Under the pieces are notes generated by a model. It had not been told where the DNA came from, ran no database searches, and was given only the letters and a program-made list of their open reading frames with translations. The position numbers and the translations under genes were made by a program. This document shows, in pieces, positions 47,180 through 56,641 of a stretch of DNA of 64,000 bases. The DNA lies in IMG/VR virus record IMGVR_UViG_3300032770_000014, positions 29,617 to 93,616 of that record. One strand, given 5' to 3'. Each line of letters begins with the position of its first letter. The first letter of the stretch is position 1. The DNA comes from a virus.

Positions 47180-47725
47180 ATGACCCTCTACGAGCCGAAA
47201 TTCTGGGTGGACTTTCCCAACCTGCCGCAAGTCCCGACCTCTTGGAGAGGCTTGGAGAAGATCCTGCCCGACATCATCACGCGGTTCAGCCTCAAGACCG
47301 ACCTTGCCGTGGAATTCGGCGTGTGGCATGGGTTCTCAACCGCTGCCTTGGCCTGCAACTTCGCGCGCGTGATCGGCGTGGAGCCGTTTACCGGGGACCG
47401 GCTACCGGGCACCGAGGACGTGCCGATGATCGAGACCACTCGCAAGACCCTCGCTCCGTGGCCGAACGTCGAGCTGGTGGAGTCCGGATTCTTCGAGTAC
47501 GCCTGCCCGGACGCAGACCTGATCCACACCGACATCGTTCACACCTACCCCATGACCTTTGCCTGCGGGGTACTGGCTCTCAAGCACACCCGCTGCGGAA
47601 TTTTCCACGACACGGAATCCTTCCCTGAGGTCAAGGCCGCGCTGGCGGACCTGGCTCAGATCAGCGGGTTCACATTCTATAACTATCCCTACCACGAGGG
47701 ACTGGGCATACTGGTGAAGGAGTAA
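47180..47725 (+). CDS. Class I SAM methyltransferase
   Basis: VEFGVWHGFST, DLIHTD..HTY, FHD. Confidence 0.8.
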   Translation: MTLYEPKFWVDFPNLPQVPTSWRGLEKILPDIITRFSLKTDLAVEFGVWHGFSTAALACNFARVIGVEPFTGDRLPGTEDVPMIETTRKTLAPWPNVELVESGFFEYACPDADLIHTDIVHTYPMTFACGVLALKHTRCGIFHDTESFPEVKAALADLAQISGFTFYNYPYHEGLGILVKE

Positions 47726-47730
47726 GTGGC

Positions 47731-48765
47731 ATGATCAACGTACTTGTTAGCGGGGGTGCAGGATTCTTGGGCAGTCACCTGACCGACTACCTGCTCAACT
47801 CCGGCTACAACGTGGTAGTGCTGGACGATCTCTCGGGCGGCTTCCTTGAGAACCTGGAATGCCGCGCCTCGGGCAAGCCGGGGGACGAGCCCGTGGTCCA
47901 GCGAGACTGCATCTTCGTCAAGGGATCGATCACGGATGCGAGGTTCGTGGACCGCCTGTTCGAGCAGTACAAGTTCACCTACGTCTGGCATCTGGCTGCG
48001 TTCGCCACCGAAGGCCTCTCACATTTCATCAAGCGTTTCATTCACGAAAACATCCTCATCGGCTCGGTCAACCTGATCAACGCTTCGGTCAACCATGGCG
48101 TCAAGTGTTTCATCTACACGTCCTCGATGGCGGTCTACGGGACCAACCAAGTCCCCTTCGACGAAGCCATGCCGCCCCATCCCGAAGACTCTTACGGCAT
48201 CGCCAAGGCCGCGGTGGAGCGCGAACTAGTCATCACCAAGGAAATGTTCGGGCTGGACTACGTGATCTTCCGTCCGCATTCAATCTTCGGCCCCCGGCAG
48301 AATATCGGCGATAAGTATCGCAACGTGGTCGGGATATTCATGAACCGGATACTGCATGGACTGCCCATGCGCGTCTTTGGCGACGGCGAGCAGGTCCGGG
48401 CCTTCACCTATGTCTGCGATATTATTCCCATGATCGCGCAGGCTCCGACCGTCCCCGCGGCCTATGGCCGGATCTTTAACGCTGGCGGCGAGACCCCTAT
48501 TACTATAAATCACTTGGCCGAGCTGGTGGCCGAGTCGATGGGAGTTCCTCTGAGCGTCGAGCATACCGAGCCGAGGTACGAAGTCAAGCTGGCCTATTGC
48601 GATCACCGGCCGGCGCGGGAGGTCTTCGGATTCGAGCCGGTTACGTCGCTGGAAGACGGCATGCGCGAGATGGCGGCTTGGGCGAAGAAGCGCGGGGCGC
48701 GGCAAAGCAAGGACTTCCAGAACATTGAAATCACAAAGAATCTGCCGAGTTTTTGGAGGAAGTAA
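47731..48765 (+). CDS. NAD-dependent nucleotide-sugar epimerase/dehydratase
   Basis: GGAGFLG, SSMAVYG, YGIAK, FGDGEQ.R.F. Confidence 0.92.
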   Translation: MINVLVSGGAGFLGSHLTDYLLNSGYNVVVLDDLSGGFLENLECRASGKPGDEPVVQRDCIFVKGSITDARFVDRLFEQYKFTYVWHLAAFATEGLSHFIKRFIHENILIGSVNLINASVNHGVKCFIYTSSMAVYGTNQVPFDEAMPPHPEDSYGIAKAAVERELVITKEMFGLDYVIFRPHSIFGPRQNIGDKYRNVVGIFMNRILHGLPMRVFGDGEQVRAFTYVCDIIPMIAQAPTVPAAYGRIFNAGGETPITINHLAELVAESMGVPLSVEHTEPRYEVKLAYCDHRPAREVFGFEPVTSLEDGMREMAAWAKKRGARQSKDFQNIEITKNLPSFWRK

Positions 48766-49469
48766 TGCATTCACTCGTTCTGGGAAACGCTACTCTGCAC
48801 TGGCAGGACGCTACCGATCCGGCGCACAACTGGAAGGCCTGCGTGGAATCCTGGCAGTCCTCTGCCTCGCGCTGCTATCCCGTGTACGAGGTCTACCACA
48901 AGCCGATGATGATCGCCTATCAGGAGATCTTTGAGAACACGGCGGAAGACATAATCGGCTACGTGCATGACGACGTTTCGATTTACGAGCCGGACTGGGA
49001 CTTGCGCGTGCTGCGCGAGTTCGATGATCCGACGGTCGGGGCGGTGGGATTCTTTGGGGCGCTCGGCCACTGCTATCCATTTCTCTATGAAGTCCCGTTC
49101 GAGGTCGGCAACATGACCCGGATCGAAACCCGGTCCAACATGCGCCGCGATGCCGAACGCCATGGTAGGCGATTCGCCGGGGAGTGTGACGTGGCGGTGT
49201 TCGATGGATTCGGAATATTCGTGCGCCGATCCGTGATTGAGAAATGGGGTGGGTGGCCGCAGGGAATCCCTTGCTCGTACTGGTGCTACGATTACGCTAT
49301 CTCCTGCGAGGTGCGCCGACAAGGTTTGCGTAATCGCCTCGTCGGCATCGACTGCGATCACTGGGGCGGCAAGAGTCCTTCTATTATTGCTGAAGACGCC
49401 GTGGCCGCGCATCGGTGGCTTTATGACAACTACCGCGACGTCCTGCCGTATTACGCGGAGGTCCGCTAA
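48765..49469 (+). CDS. GT-A fold glycosyltransferase
   Basis: YVHDDV, VAVFDG, YDY.IS. Confidence 0.7.
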   Translation: MHSLVLGNATLHWQDATDPAHNWKACVESWQSSASRCYPVYEVYHKPMMIAYQEIFENTAEDIIGYVHDDVSIYEPDWDLRVLREFDDPTVGAVGFFGALGHCYPFLYEVPFEVGNMTRIETRSNMRRDAERHGRRFAGECDVAVFDGFGIFVRRSVIEKWGGWPQGIPCSYWCYDYAISCEVRRQGLRNRLVGIDCDHWGGKSPSIIAEDAVAAHRWLYDNYRDVLPYYAEVR

Positions 49470-50215
49470 TGCCCAACCCAGTTCTGATCCTTTCCTACAA
49501 CCAACTCCCCCTTCTGCAACGCTGCATCAAGTCAGTCCGGGCGCAGGATATTCCTACTTCTCTCTACGTCGTGGATAACGGCTCGACCGATGGCAGCAGG
49601 GAATGGCTGGGAAGCGACGAGTACGAAGGGATTGCTGCAATCAATTCCAATAACACAGGAGTGAGCAAGGGCTGGAATCAGGGACTGCGGCATATTTTTG
49701 CGACGTCTCCTCAAGAGGGATACCACCATATCGCCGCGGATCACTGCCTCGTTCTCAATCAGGATGTGATCCTCCCTCCCTTCTTCTATCGCGAACTCCT
49801 GAATTGCCAAGTCCCGCTGGTCACCGGCTATCCTGTGGAGACAATGGAAGAGCTGGGTAAGTTCCGCCTCAATCTTACTCCTGCCCCTTGTTTCTCTGCC
49901 TTCCTGATCCGGCGCAAGTGCTGGGAGACTGTAGGCCCGTTCGACGAGCGGCTCTGGAGCTGGGCCGGGGACTGCGCCTATCACGTAGAGGGCCATCAGC
50001 GCGGAGTCAGCATGCAGAAGGCCGAGATTCCCTTCTTCCATCAGGCCGGTACTACCATGCGCACGGCCTCGCCCGAAGAGCGAGAGTGGTTCGGACGTCG
50101 TGCCGAAGCGGACAGGGAAACCTTCAAGTCGATCTACGGCTGCAAGCCGGACGATCCGCAGTACGCGCTGTTGTTCATACCGGAACTCTTTGGGTCCAGA
50201 AAGGTGCAACGATGA
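49469..50215 (+). CDS. Glycosyltransferase family 2
   Basis: ILSYN, VVDNGSTDGS, WNQG, LNQD, GPFDE. Confidence 0.88.
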   Translation: MPNPVLILSYNQLPLLQRCIKSVRAQDIPTSLYVVDNGSTDGSREWLGSDEYEGIAAINSNNTGVSKGWNQGLRHIFATSPQEGYHHIAADHCLVLNQDVILPPFFYRELLNCQVPLVTGYPVETMEELGKFRLNLTPAPCFSAFLIRRKCWETVGPFDERLWSWAGDCAYHVEGHQRGVSMQKAEIPFFHQAGTTMRTASPEEREWFGRRAEADRETFKSIYGCKPDDPQYALLFIPELFGSRKVQR

Positions 50216-50970
50216 ACTCAACCATGAACGATCTTGCCCTGCTCGCCATTGGCATTGGAATGGGACTCGCGCTTGCCCTTGTAGCCGTGATGGTCTACTC
50301 TCTCTACCGCCTAGTCACCCAGTTCCGTTCCTCCGCTGCCGCCCTCCTCGCCCGCGTTCACGAGGCCCTCGCCGCCGACAAATTCTCCATGGACCAGCTC
50401 CGCGGCGAAGTCACCTTGGCCCTCTCGCGCGTGGACGCCGAACGCCTTTACTCGGCCTCTCTCACGCTCAACCGGCTCGTCAAGTCTCTGGCCTCCCAAG
50501 TCGATACCCTCCAGCGCGCGCTGTTCGCGCAGCCTCCTGCACCGGCGATCGACTGGACTTCTCCCGGCACCGGCCTCGACGACGAGGCCGCAGACGACGC
50601 GCGGATGCTGGCCGAGCGCGCCAGGTGGCAGCCGATCAGCCAGCCAGCCAGTCAGCCGACCAACCAGCCTCCCCCCGACCCCCTCGTCAGCCTGACCGAA
50701 GAAGAGAAATCCCTCCGCGTGCAGCAGTTCTTCGAGCGCCGTCGAGCGGAACAGGCCGCTGCTGGAATGACCGTCGGCAGCGGCGCCTACCAACCCTTTA
50801 CCGGCTCCGTTCTCCCACCCTCTACCCCTCCCGCTGCGGGTTCTGGAATCTATTCCTCCCTCTTGGACGAAGCCGGCCAGCGCCCGCAGCCTCCCTCCCA
50901 GCCAGCGGATTTCAGTGGACTGGAGATGGAAGAGGGGGTAGAGTTGTCGGGGAAGGGAGAACTCGGCTGA
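50212..50970 (+). CDS. Membrane-anchored coiled-coil protein
   Basis: ATGA coupling; N-terminal TM segment, then helical and Pro/Gln-rich regions. Confidence 0.55.
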   Translation: MNSTMNDLALLAIGIGMGLALALVAVMVYSLYRLVTQFRSSAAALLARVHEALAADKFSMDQLRGEVTLALSRVDAERLYSASLTLNRLVKSLASQVDTLQRALFAQPPAPAIDWTSPGTGLDDEAADDARMLAERARWQPISQPASQPTNQPPPDPLVSLTEEEKSLRVQQFFERRRAEQAAAGMTVGSGAYQPFTGSVLPPSTPPAAGSGIYSSLLDEAGQRPQPPSQPADFSGLEMEEGVELSGKGELG

Positions 50971-51428
50971 TGACAGAACGCTGGCGGACTCCACCAGAAA
51001 TATTTGATCCGCTTAACGCCGAGTTTCATTTCGATCTCGACGCAGCCGCGGATCTTGAACTTAGACAGTCGGCGCTGTTCTTGACTGACGCCCTTGCCGC
51101 TTACGATTGGCCGGGGCAGCGAATCTGGCTCAATCCCCCCTATGGGCGCAAACTAGAGCCATTTGTTCGTAGAGCCGCTGCTGAGGCAGCAAAGGGCAAA
51201 TTGATAGTTGCCCTGATTCCGTTTCGTTGTCGAGCGGCATGGTGGCACGAGTGCGTACTAGGTCGAGCCTCGGAAGTGCGTTGTGTTCGTAAACGTATCC
51301 GATTCTTGCGTCCTGATGGGTCGCGTCCGAAGTACACTGGATCATGTGATTCGTGCATTGTTATTTGGCGTGGAGCTACGGCGCAGACTCTATTAACTGG
51401 GACGCTGGAGAAGGGAGAACTCACCTGA
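50970..51428 (+). CDS. Phage N6-adenine DNA methyltransferase (phage Dam type)
   Basis: WRTP..IF..L..EF.FDLDAAA, WLNPPY, RIRF. True start at 50970, coupled via TGATG. Confidence 0.85.
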   Translation: MTERWRTPPEIFDPLNAEFHFDLDAAADLELRQSALFLTDALAAYDWPGQRIWLNPPYGRKLEPFVRRAAAEAAKGKLIVALIPFRCRAAWWHECVLGRASEVRCVRKRIRFLRPDGSRPKYTGSCDSCIVIWRGATAQTLLTGTLEKGELT

Positions 51429-52243
51429 TGGCAACGGCCTCGCAGTCACCGGAACCGCAGCCGCCACAGCCGGCCGACTCCCCTGCCGAATCCGCTCCCC
51501 CGCCCGACTCTACCCCCGCCGACTCCTCCCCTACCGAACCCACCCTCGCCGACCGCCACCGTCACTGGGCGGCCTCCGCCGGCCAGTCCATCGCCGAGAT
51601 CGCCAAGCAGGAAGGTGTCCCTGAATCCGAGATCCTCCTCTCCATCCAGCGCGTGCGCAACGACAACGAGCAGTACTCCTCCGCCTGGGCCGGTATCGAA
51701 ACCCGCAAGCTCTACATCCAGACCCTGCCCAAGATCAACTCTGCCATCGGCGAGGCTCTCTCGGCGACCAAGCTCCACGGCAAGAAAGTCGTGATGATCG
51801 ACAAGGAGACCGGCGATGCGGTTACGATGGAGGAGACAGTAGAGCGGCCCGACCACGACGTTCGCCTGCGTGCGATTGATGGGGTGCGTTATCTCCTGTC
51901 TGTCGTCCAGCCGAAAGATCCGGCCGTCCAGATCACCTCGAACTCGCAGACCAACATCCTCAATCAGGCTCCCCAAGTCGCTGCGGGCGCGGGAGGGCAC
52001 GCTGGGCTGACCAGCCCGGAGGCGGTGATCCGCGCCATTGTGACGGCGAGGCAGCATTCGCTGACCTCGGGCAATCCAGCCAGTCAACCCGCAACCTTGG
52101 AAGGAGAACCTGTTATGGATCGTAGCACGGAAGAACTTCCCGACGATGACCAAGTGCCTGTCGATGATGATGATAATGACGACGAGGAATACGATGAAGA
52201 GAGCGAAGACGAAGAAGAGGAAGCAGACGACGAAGAAGAGTGA
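51428..52243 (+). CDS. Putative terminase small subunit
   Basis: HTH (IAEIAKQEGV), PDHDVRLRAID, acidic tail; upstream of TerL. Confidence 0.5.
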   Translation: MATASQSPEPQPPQPADSPAESAPPPDSTPADSSPTEPTLADRHRHWAASAGQSIAEIAKQEGVPESEILLSIQRVRNDNEQYSSAWAGIETRKLYIQTLPKINSAIGEALSATKLHGKKVVMIDKETGDAVTMEETVERPDHDVRLRAIDGVRYLLSVVQPKDPAVQITSNSQTNILNQAPQVAAGAGGHAGLTSPEAVIRAIVTARQHSLTSGNPASQPATLEGEPVMDRSTEELPDDDQVPVDDDDNDDEEYDEESEDEEEEADDEEE

Positions 52244-52586
52244 ACTCTGGAACAATGCCGACCTGCGTGAAGTCTTCTCCATTTACAACGAGCGGTACTT
52301 AGGCGGTAAGCTGGCCTTATACAACCTCTCCTTTTCTCCTATCGATGAACTTGGGCATGCGTTCCGCTATCGGACTGTAGGCAAGCGTCGTGACGAATCC
52401 GATGCATGGGAGATTCACATTAGTAGTAGGCTCCGCTACTCGCGCCGACTCTGGGCGACGACTCTCCTGCACGAGATGGTTCATCTTAAAATGCGTAACC
52501 GGCATAGTTGTGGTCTACGCGGGCGGCGGTTTAACAAGCGGATGCGTGAGTTGGCTATGGCTGGCGCGTTCGATGGACTTTGGTGA
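52194..52586 (+). CDS. SprT-like Zn metallopeptidase
   Basis: YNERY, TLLHEMVH, F...M..L. Confidence 0.7.
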   Translation: MKRAKTKKRKQTTKKSELWNNADLREVFSIYNERYLGGKLALYNLSFSPIDELGHAFRYRTVGKRRDESDAWEIHISSRLRYSRRLWATTLLHEMVHLKMRNRHSCGLRGRRFNKRMRELAMAGAFDGLW

Positions 52587-52607
52587 GAAGGGGGAGGAGG
52601 AGGACGA

Positions 52608-53063
52608 ATGAAGGCACGTGTCGCTAACAACATTCGTGAATTGATTGGCCATCTCATCGGAAAGAGGCTAATTGAGATTACGTCTGAAGATGAAGAGGAT
52701 CGTGTTGCGGGGAGGGACAGATTCGTAACCTTGATGTTCGACGATGGGAATACAGCTACGTTCTACTTTGCCAAGGATTCGTCAGTCTATCGAGGAAATT
52801 CTCCGATGTCCTTCAGCGATCCTGACAACAAGGATCAGAGTTTTGAGGATGGTTATTTCCATCCCACGCCAGAAGATAAAGCGCGGCACATGTGGATTGC
52901 GGTCGATTGGAGAGATGCAACTGGAACAGAGCAGCATGTCCTGCCGGGGTGGACCGAGGATCACTTTCTTGATGAGGGGTGTTGGTGTAAGCCAGCTAAA
53001 AAATTCCGCGATGATGGCTCTTGGTATTGGGGACATAATGAGAAGGAAGGGGAGAAGGAGTAA
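52608..53063 (+). CDS. Hypothetical protein
   Basis: Strong RBS; HVLP....H....CWCKP....H. Confidence 0.55.
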   Translation: MKARVANNIRELIGHLIGKRLIEITSEDEEDRVAGRDRFVTLMFDDGNTATFYFAKDSSVYRGNSPMSFSDPDNKDQSFEDGYFHPTPEDKARHMWIAVDWRDATGTEQHVLPGWTEDHFLDEGCWCKPAKKFRDDGSWYWGHNEKEGEKE

Positions 53064-53072
53064 ACTTCCTCC

Positions 53073-56000
53073 ATGCGCCTGCACCGTGCAGATCCTCTGA
53101 TTAACGACGCCATCGAAGCTCTCGACCAGCGCCTTGCCCAGGCCAAGCACACTCTCCCCAAAGGCTCCGACGACGAGCGCAAGGAATATGCATGGACCCT
53201 GCTCTCTGCCGTCGAGCGGCAATTCGTCTACGACGAAACCGCGCGCTGCGTTCGTGACCGTGTTTACTATCTCCAGAACTACCATGTGATCCAGCCCGAG
53301 GGCGGCGTTCTTACCTGCATGGCTCCTCTCTATGACCTCCAGTGGATGATCGAGGAGATGCTTGCGAGGAAACTGGCCGAAGAGGGCCGCGCCTTCCTCG
53401 TCATCGATAAGCCGCGCCAATCCGGCGGAACAGAGTATTGCAACGGGGTCATGTGCTGGCGGACTTTCTTTCTGCCCAATGCCTTTACCTTATCAGTAGC
53501 ACAGAACCCTAAGACTGCGGCGTGGATACAACGTAAGGTAAACATCGCCTACGAAAACTTGCCTTGGTGGATGCGGGCTGAAAAGCAATATCACACCCGC
53601 GGCGAGTACCTAGAGTATTCGCGAAAAGATGAGAGTCGTAGGTTTGCTGACCCTGGCTTGGGAACCATTCTAGTTACGACGCATTCAGGCGAAACTGGGG
53701 GAGTTGCAATCGGACGGACTGTGCGCAGTTTGCATATGTGTCTAAGCGAGTCCAACTTCGTTATTGATTCAGAAGGCTATCATAAGTCTATATCCTCTGT
53801 TGTGGTTGGTTCAACAATCAGAACTCCAACGGGGTTGGCCAAGATAACAGCATTTACCAGCAAAGATGCTGCTACGATATATCCCGGCTCGGAGATAGGT
53901 TACCGTATAACTCCGTGGTGCGGTTCTGCGTTTCCTATCGAGGGTACTGGAAATCATCGTGTGATGGTAACGGAGCGTGTAGGTCTGTGGAGACTTGAGA
54001 AACGGCGTAAGCGTAATGGGGAAGGCATATCTGACAAGTCAGTCGTGTGGACTGGGATGTGTCAGTTGGCGGATTTGACCAAAGGGCATGAACTCGTCTA
54101 TCCTGTTCGTCCAATTACTAGACACGGAGTAGGCTGTAACGTTTTCTCTGAATCTTTGTCCGGGCACGAGCGCAGACAAAAGGGTGGAGTGATAAGCAGG
54201 TGGACTCCTCCGAAGCCTTCACGTGAGTTTGGGTTTGCTATTGGATTGTATCTCGCAGAGGGCTGTATATCTAGGAATAGACATGGTTGCCTTAGTCTGG
54301 CGCTGGACAGTGATGAGCGGCAACTGGCCGATAGGTTTGCGGCTTGTGTGGGAATGAAATATAGTAGAGATTTGAGAAGTCCATCGCGGACGGTAGACTA
54401 CAACTTCTACTCTGCTGCCTTGTCTGGTTGGTTTGACCGCTACATCGGCTGTAAGGATTTTAAGCACATTCCTCAATGGGCATGGACAAATGGAAAAGAG
54501 TTCGCCAAGGGCATTGTTGAGGGGATGATTCTAGGCGATGGGCACGTCAATCCTAAATTTCATATAGTGCAATTCACAACTATTCGTGCTCACTTGGCGG
54601 TAGAATTGCGCGATCTAGTTGCCTCCTTGGGATTTGGTTGGGGAGGATTGCACCGTAGGGAAGCAGGCATATACTATGGCAGGAATTGTCGGACTCGCTT
54701 CGATCTTATATTCAATCGGTATTCCAATGATCGTATTAGGAAGGAATTTGGGTGGAAGCCTTCTAGTTATCACGATTCTAGGGATCGAGAACTTACACAC
54801 TGGACGTACTCAGACGACAAGACAAAGGTATTTGTAGCCATCCGTAAAATTGAGCGAGTACCTTTGGATTGTGTATATGACATTGAAGTTGATTCCCCTG
54901 AGCATGAGTTCTTACTCCCTTGTGTGTGGACGCATAACTCAGAAACGTCGAGATGGCCCGCCTCAGATATTTTTTCGAGTGACATCAAGCCGTCCCTTGA
55001 AAAGGCTCCCGACCCGATCGTCCTCGCCGAGTCCACCCCCAACGGCATGTCCAACTTCCATCATGACCTCTGGGTGGCCGCCACCGACGATCACGACGAA
55101 GATACCGACTGGACCCCTCTCTTCCTTCCGGCCTATCGCGACAGCAAGAACCGCCGTCGCATTCGCATCGCCCAGCAGCCGTTTGTCCTGACAGAAGAGG
55201 AGCAGAAGGTCCAGGCGCGCGTTCAGATCGAGGAAAATTTCACGATCCCGCCTGAGTTCTGGAACTTCCGTCGTCGCGGCATCAAAGACTCCATCGCCGA
55301 GTCCGGCTTCCCCTACGGCCATCTCGAATGCTATGCGATCACGGCGCGCGAGTCCTTCCAGGCCTCGGGTTACTCGGCCTTCGCCCGGCACAAGCTGGAT
55401 CAGCAGGAGTCCAACGTTCGCAAGCCTCTCTGGGTCGGGGAGATCGTCTACCAGGGCCGGGGAGCCATTCCCAAAATCCATCTCGAATACATGCTCGACA
55501 AGGAGGGACGTTATCGGGATGTCATGTTGCCGAAGCGCGGGAGCGTGGGGAGCCGGTTCTATCTCTGGCAGCAGCCTGACTCGAGCGCGATCTACTACAT
55601 CGGAGCCGATGCGGGTGAGGGTATCGGCCAAGACTTCTCAGTGGCCGAGATTCTCCGCGCCGGCTTCCTGAACGAACCTGACATCCAGGTAGCCGAGTGG
55701 GTCGGGAACGACGAGCCCCCTGAAGCCTTCGGGCGCATTCTCTACGCCATCGGCCACTATTTCAACCGCTCGGAGATCGCCGTCGAGTACAACGGGCCGG
55801 GCCGCTCGACCGCTGATCACCTGATGAACCAACTGGAATATCCCAACCTCTACATCCCCCGCCACACCGACCGCTTCAAGGGACAGTTCGCTGCGTACAT
55901 GCACTGGCAGACCACGCCTAAGACCAAGCCTCTGTTGCGCAACAAGATGAACGAGACTCTGCTGGAAGACGGCATTCTGATCCAGTCGGAGTACCTGCTG

Positions 56001-56585
56001 AACCAACTACGTGCCTGCGAGGCGGAGGGCGAGTCGTTCTCGGCGATGGAAGGGAACGACGATGCGGCGGTCTCGATGACCATCTGCCTCTATTGCCTGC
56101 GTCAGACTGCTCCTGACCTGCGTCGGCCGGTGGGACAGTCCGCCTCCACTTCTACCTCCTCCACCTCGGCTACAGCCTTGGTCAAGGCTCTCCACCCTCC
56201 CCTTGGCGCCGTGATCTACGGCGTCTATGACCCTCTGTATCGCCTCCGCCATCAGAAGCGGTCACTCCAAGAGGCCGAGGACATCGTGAAGGCTAACCCC
56301 GGCTGGCAAATCCGTCCGATCTGCGTCTCCAAGGCCAACACCGCCTTCTCCGTCATCCATCACGGGCGCGGGTTGGAGCACGAACTCTACGCCGGGGGGA
56401 TGGCAGACCGCGAGATCACTCCCCAGATCGTCACGCAGTATGCTGCGGCCACGGGGCGGCTGGACGGGATGTTCCGAGGACAGGGCTGGGGGGCGGCCTC
56501 GCCCGGTGCTGACGCGGCGCAGTGGGATTCCAATCTGGGTGATCTGGGTGGCGGGGAACTGGGAGAGTGGTCGGAGATGGTCTAG
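53073..56585 (+). CDS. terL: Terminase large subunit containing an intein
   Basis: KPRQSGGT, Walker B LHM/SE, ESTPNG, nuclease IGADAGEG..QDFS, VEYN, DDAA. Confidence 0.9.
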   Translation: MRLHRADPLINDAIEALDQRLAQAKHTLPKGSDDERKEYAWTLLSAVERQFVYDETARCVRDRVYYLQNYHVIQPEGGVLTCMAPLYDLQWMIEEMLARKLAEEGRAFLVIDKPRQSGGTEYCNGVMCWRTFFLPNAFTLSVAQNPKTAAWIQRKVNIAYENLPWWMRAEKQYHTRGEYLEYSRKDESRRFADPGLGTILVTTHSGETGGVAIGRTVRSLHMCLSESNFVIDSEGYHKSISSVVVGSTIRTPTGLAKITAFTSKDAATIYPGSEIGYRITPWCGSAFPIEGTGNHRVMVTERVGLWRLEKRRKRNGEGISDKSVVWTGMCQLADLTKGHELVYPVRPITRHGVGCNVFSESLSGHERRQKGGVISRWTPPKPSREFGFAIGLYLAEGCISRNRHGCLSLALDSDERQLADRFAACVGMKYSRDLRSPSRTVDYNFYSAALSGWFDRYIGCKDFKHIPQWAWTNGKEFAKGIVEGMILGDGHVNPKFHIVQFTTIRAHLAVELRDLVASLGFGWGGLHRREAGIYYGRNCRTRFDLIFNRYSNDRIRKEFGWKPSSYHDSRDRELTHWTYSDDKTKVFVAIRKIERVPLDCVYDIEVDSPEHEFLLPCVWTHNSETSRWPASDIFSSDIKPSLEKAPDPIVLAESTPNGMSNFHHDLWVAATDDHDEDTDWTPLFLPAYRDSKNRRRIRIAQQPFVLTEEEQKVQARVQIEENFTIPPEFWNFRRRGIKDSIAESGFPYGHLECYAITARESFQASGYSAFARHKLDQQESNVRKPLWVGEIVYQGRGAIPKIHLEYMLDKEGRYRDVMLPKRGSVGSRFYLWQQPDSSAIYYIGADAGEGIGQDFSVAEILRAGFLNEPDIQVAEWVGNDEPPEAFGRILYAIGHYFNRSEIAVEYNGPGRSTADHLMNQLEYPNLYIPRHTDRFKGQFAAYMHWQTTPKTKPLLRNKMNETLLEDGILIQSEYLLNQLRACEAEGESFSAMEGNDDAAVSMTICLYCLRQTAPDLRRPVGQSASTSTSSTSATALVKALHPPLGAVIYGVYDPLYRLRHQKRSLQEAEDIVKANPGWQIRPICVSKANTAFSVIHHGRGLEHELYAGGMADREITPQIVTQYAAATGRLDGMFRGQGWGAASPGADAAQWDSNLGDLGGGELGEWSEMV
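53739..54938 (+). mobile_element. Intein (400 aa) with LAGLIDADG endonuclease
   Basis: Starts CLSES; block B TGNH; GLYLAEG and GMILGDG motifs; block F VYDIEV; ends THN followed by Ser +1. Confidence 0.93.
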
Positions 56586-56605
56586 GGGAAGTAGTGTGAA
56601 AGGTG

Positions 56606-56634
56606 TTGTAAAAGTTCATGGAATCATGTAGGCT
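56606..56634 (+). promoter_or_regulatory. Leaderless MTase promoter with operator
   Basis: TTGTAA-17 nt-TAGGCT, ATG 7 nt later; TTCATGGAATCATGTA at 56615-56630. Confidence 0.6.
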
Positions 56635-56641
56635 TTCTATT

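Noticed and set aside
50100-50969. ORF-track N-terminal extension of the Dam-like MTase to 442 aa
   Set aside because: It overlaps genuine genes in other frames; MTase motifs begin at ATG 50970.
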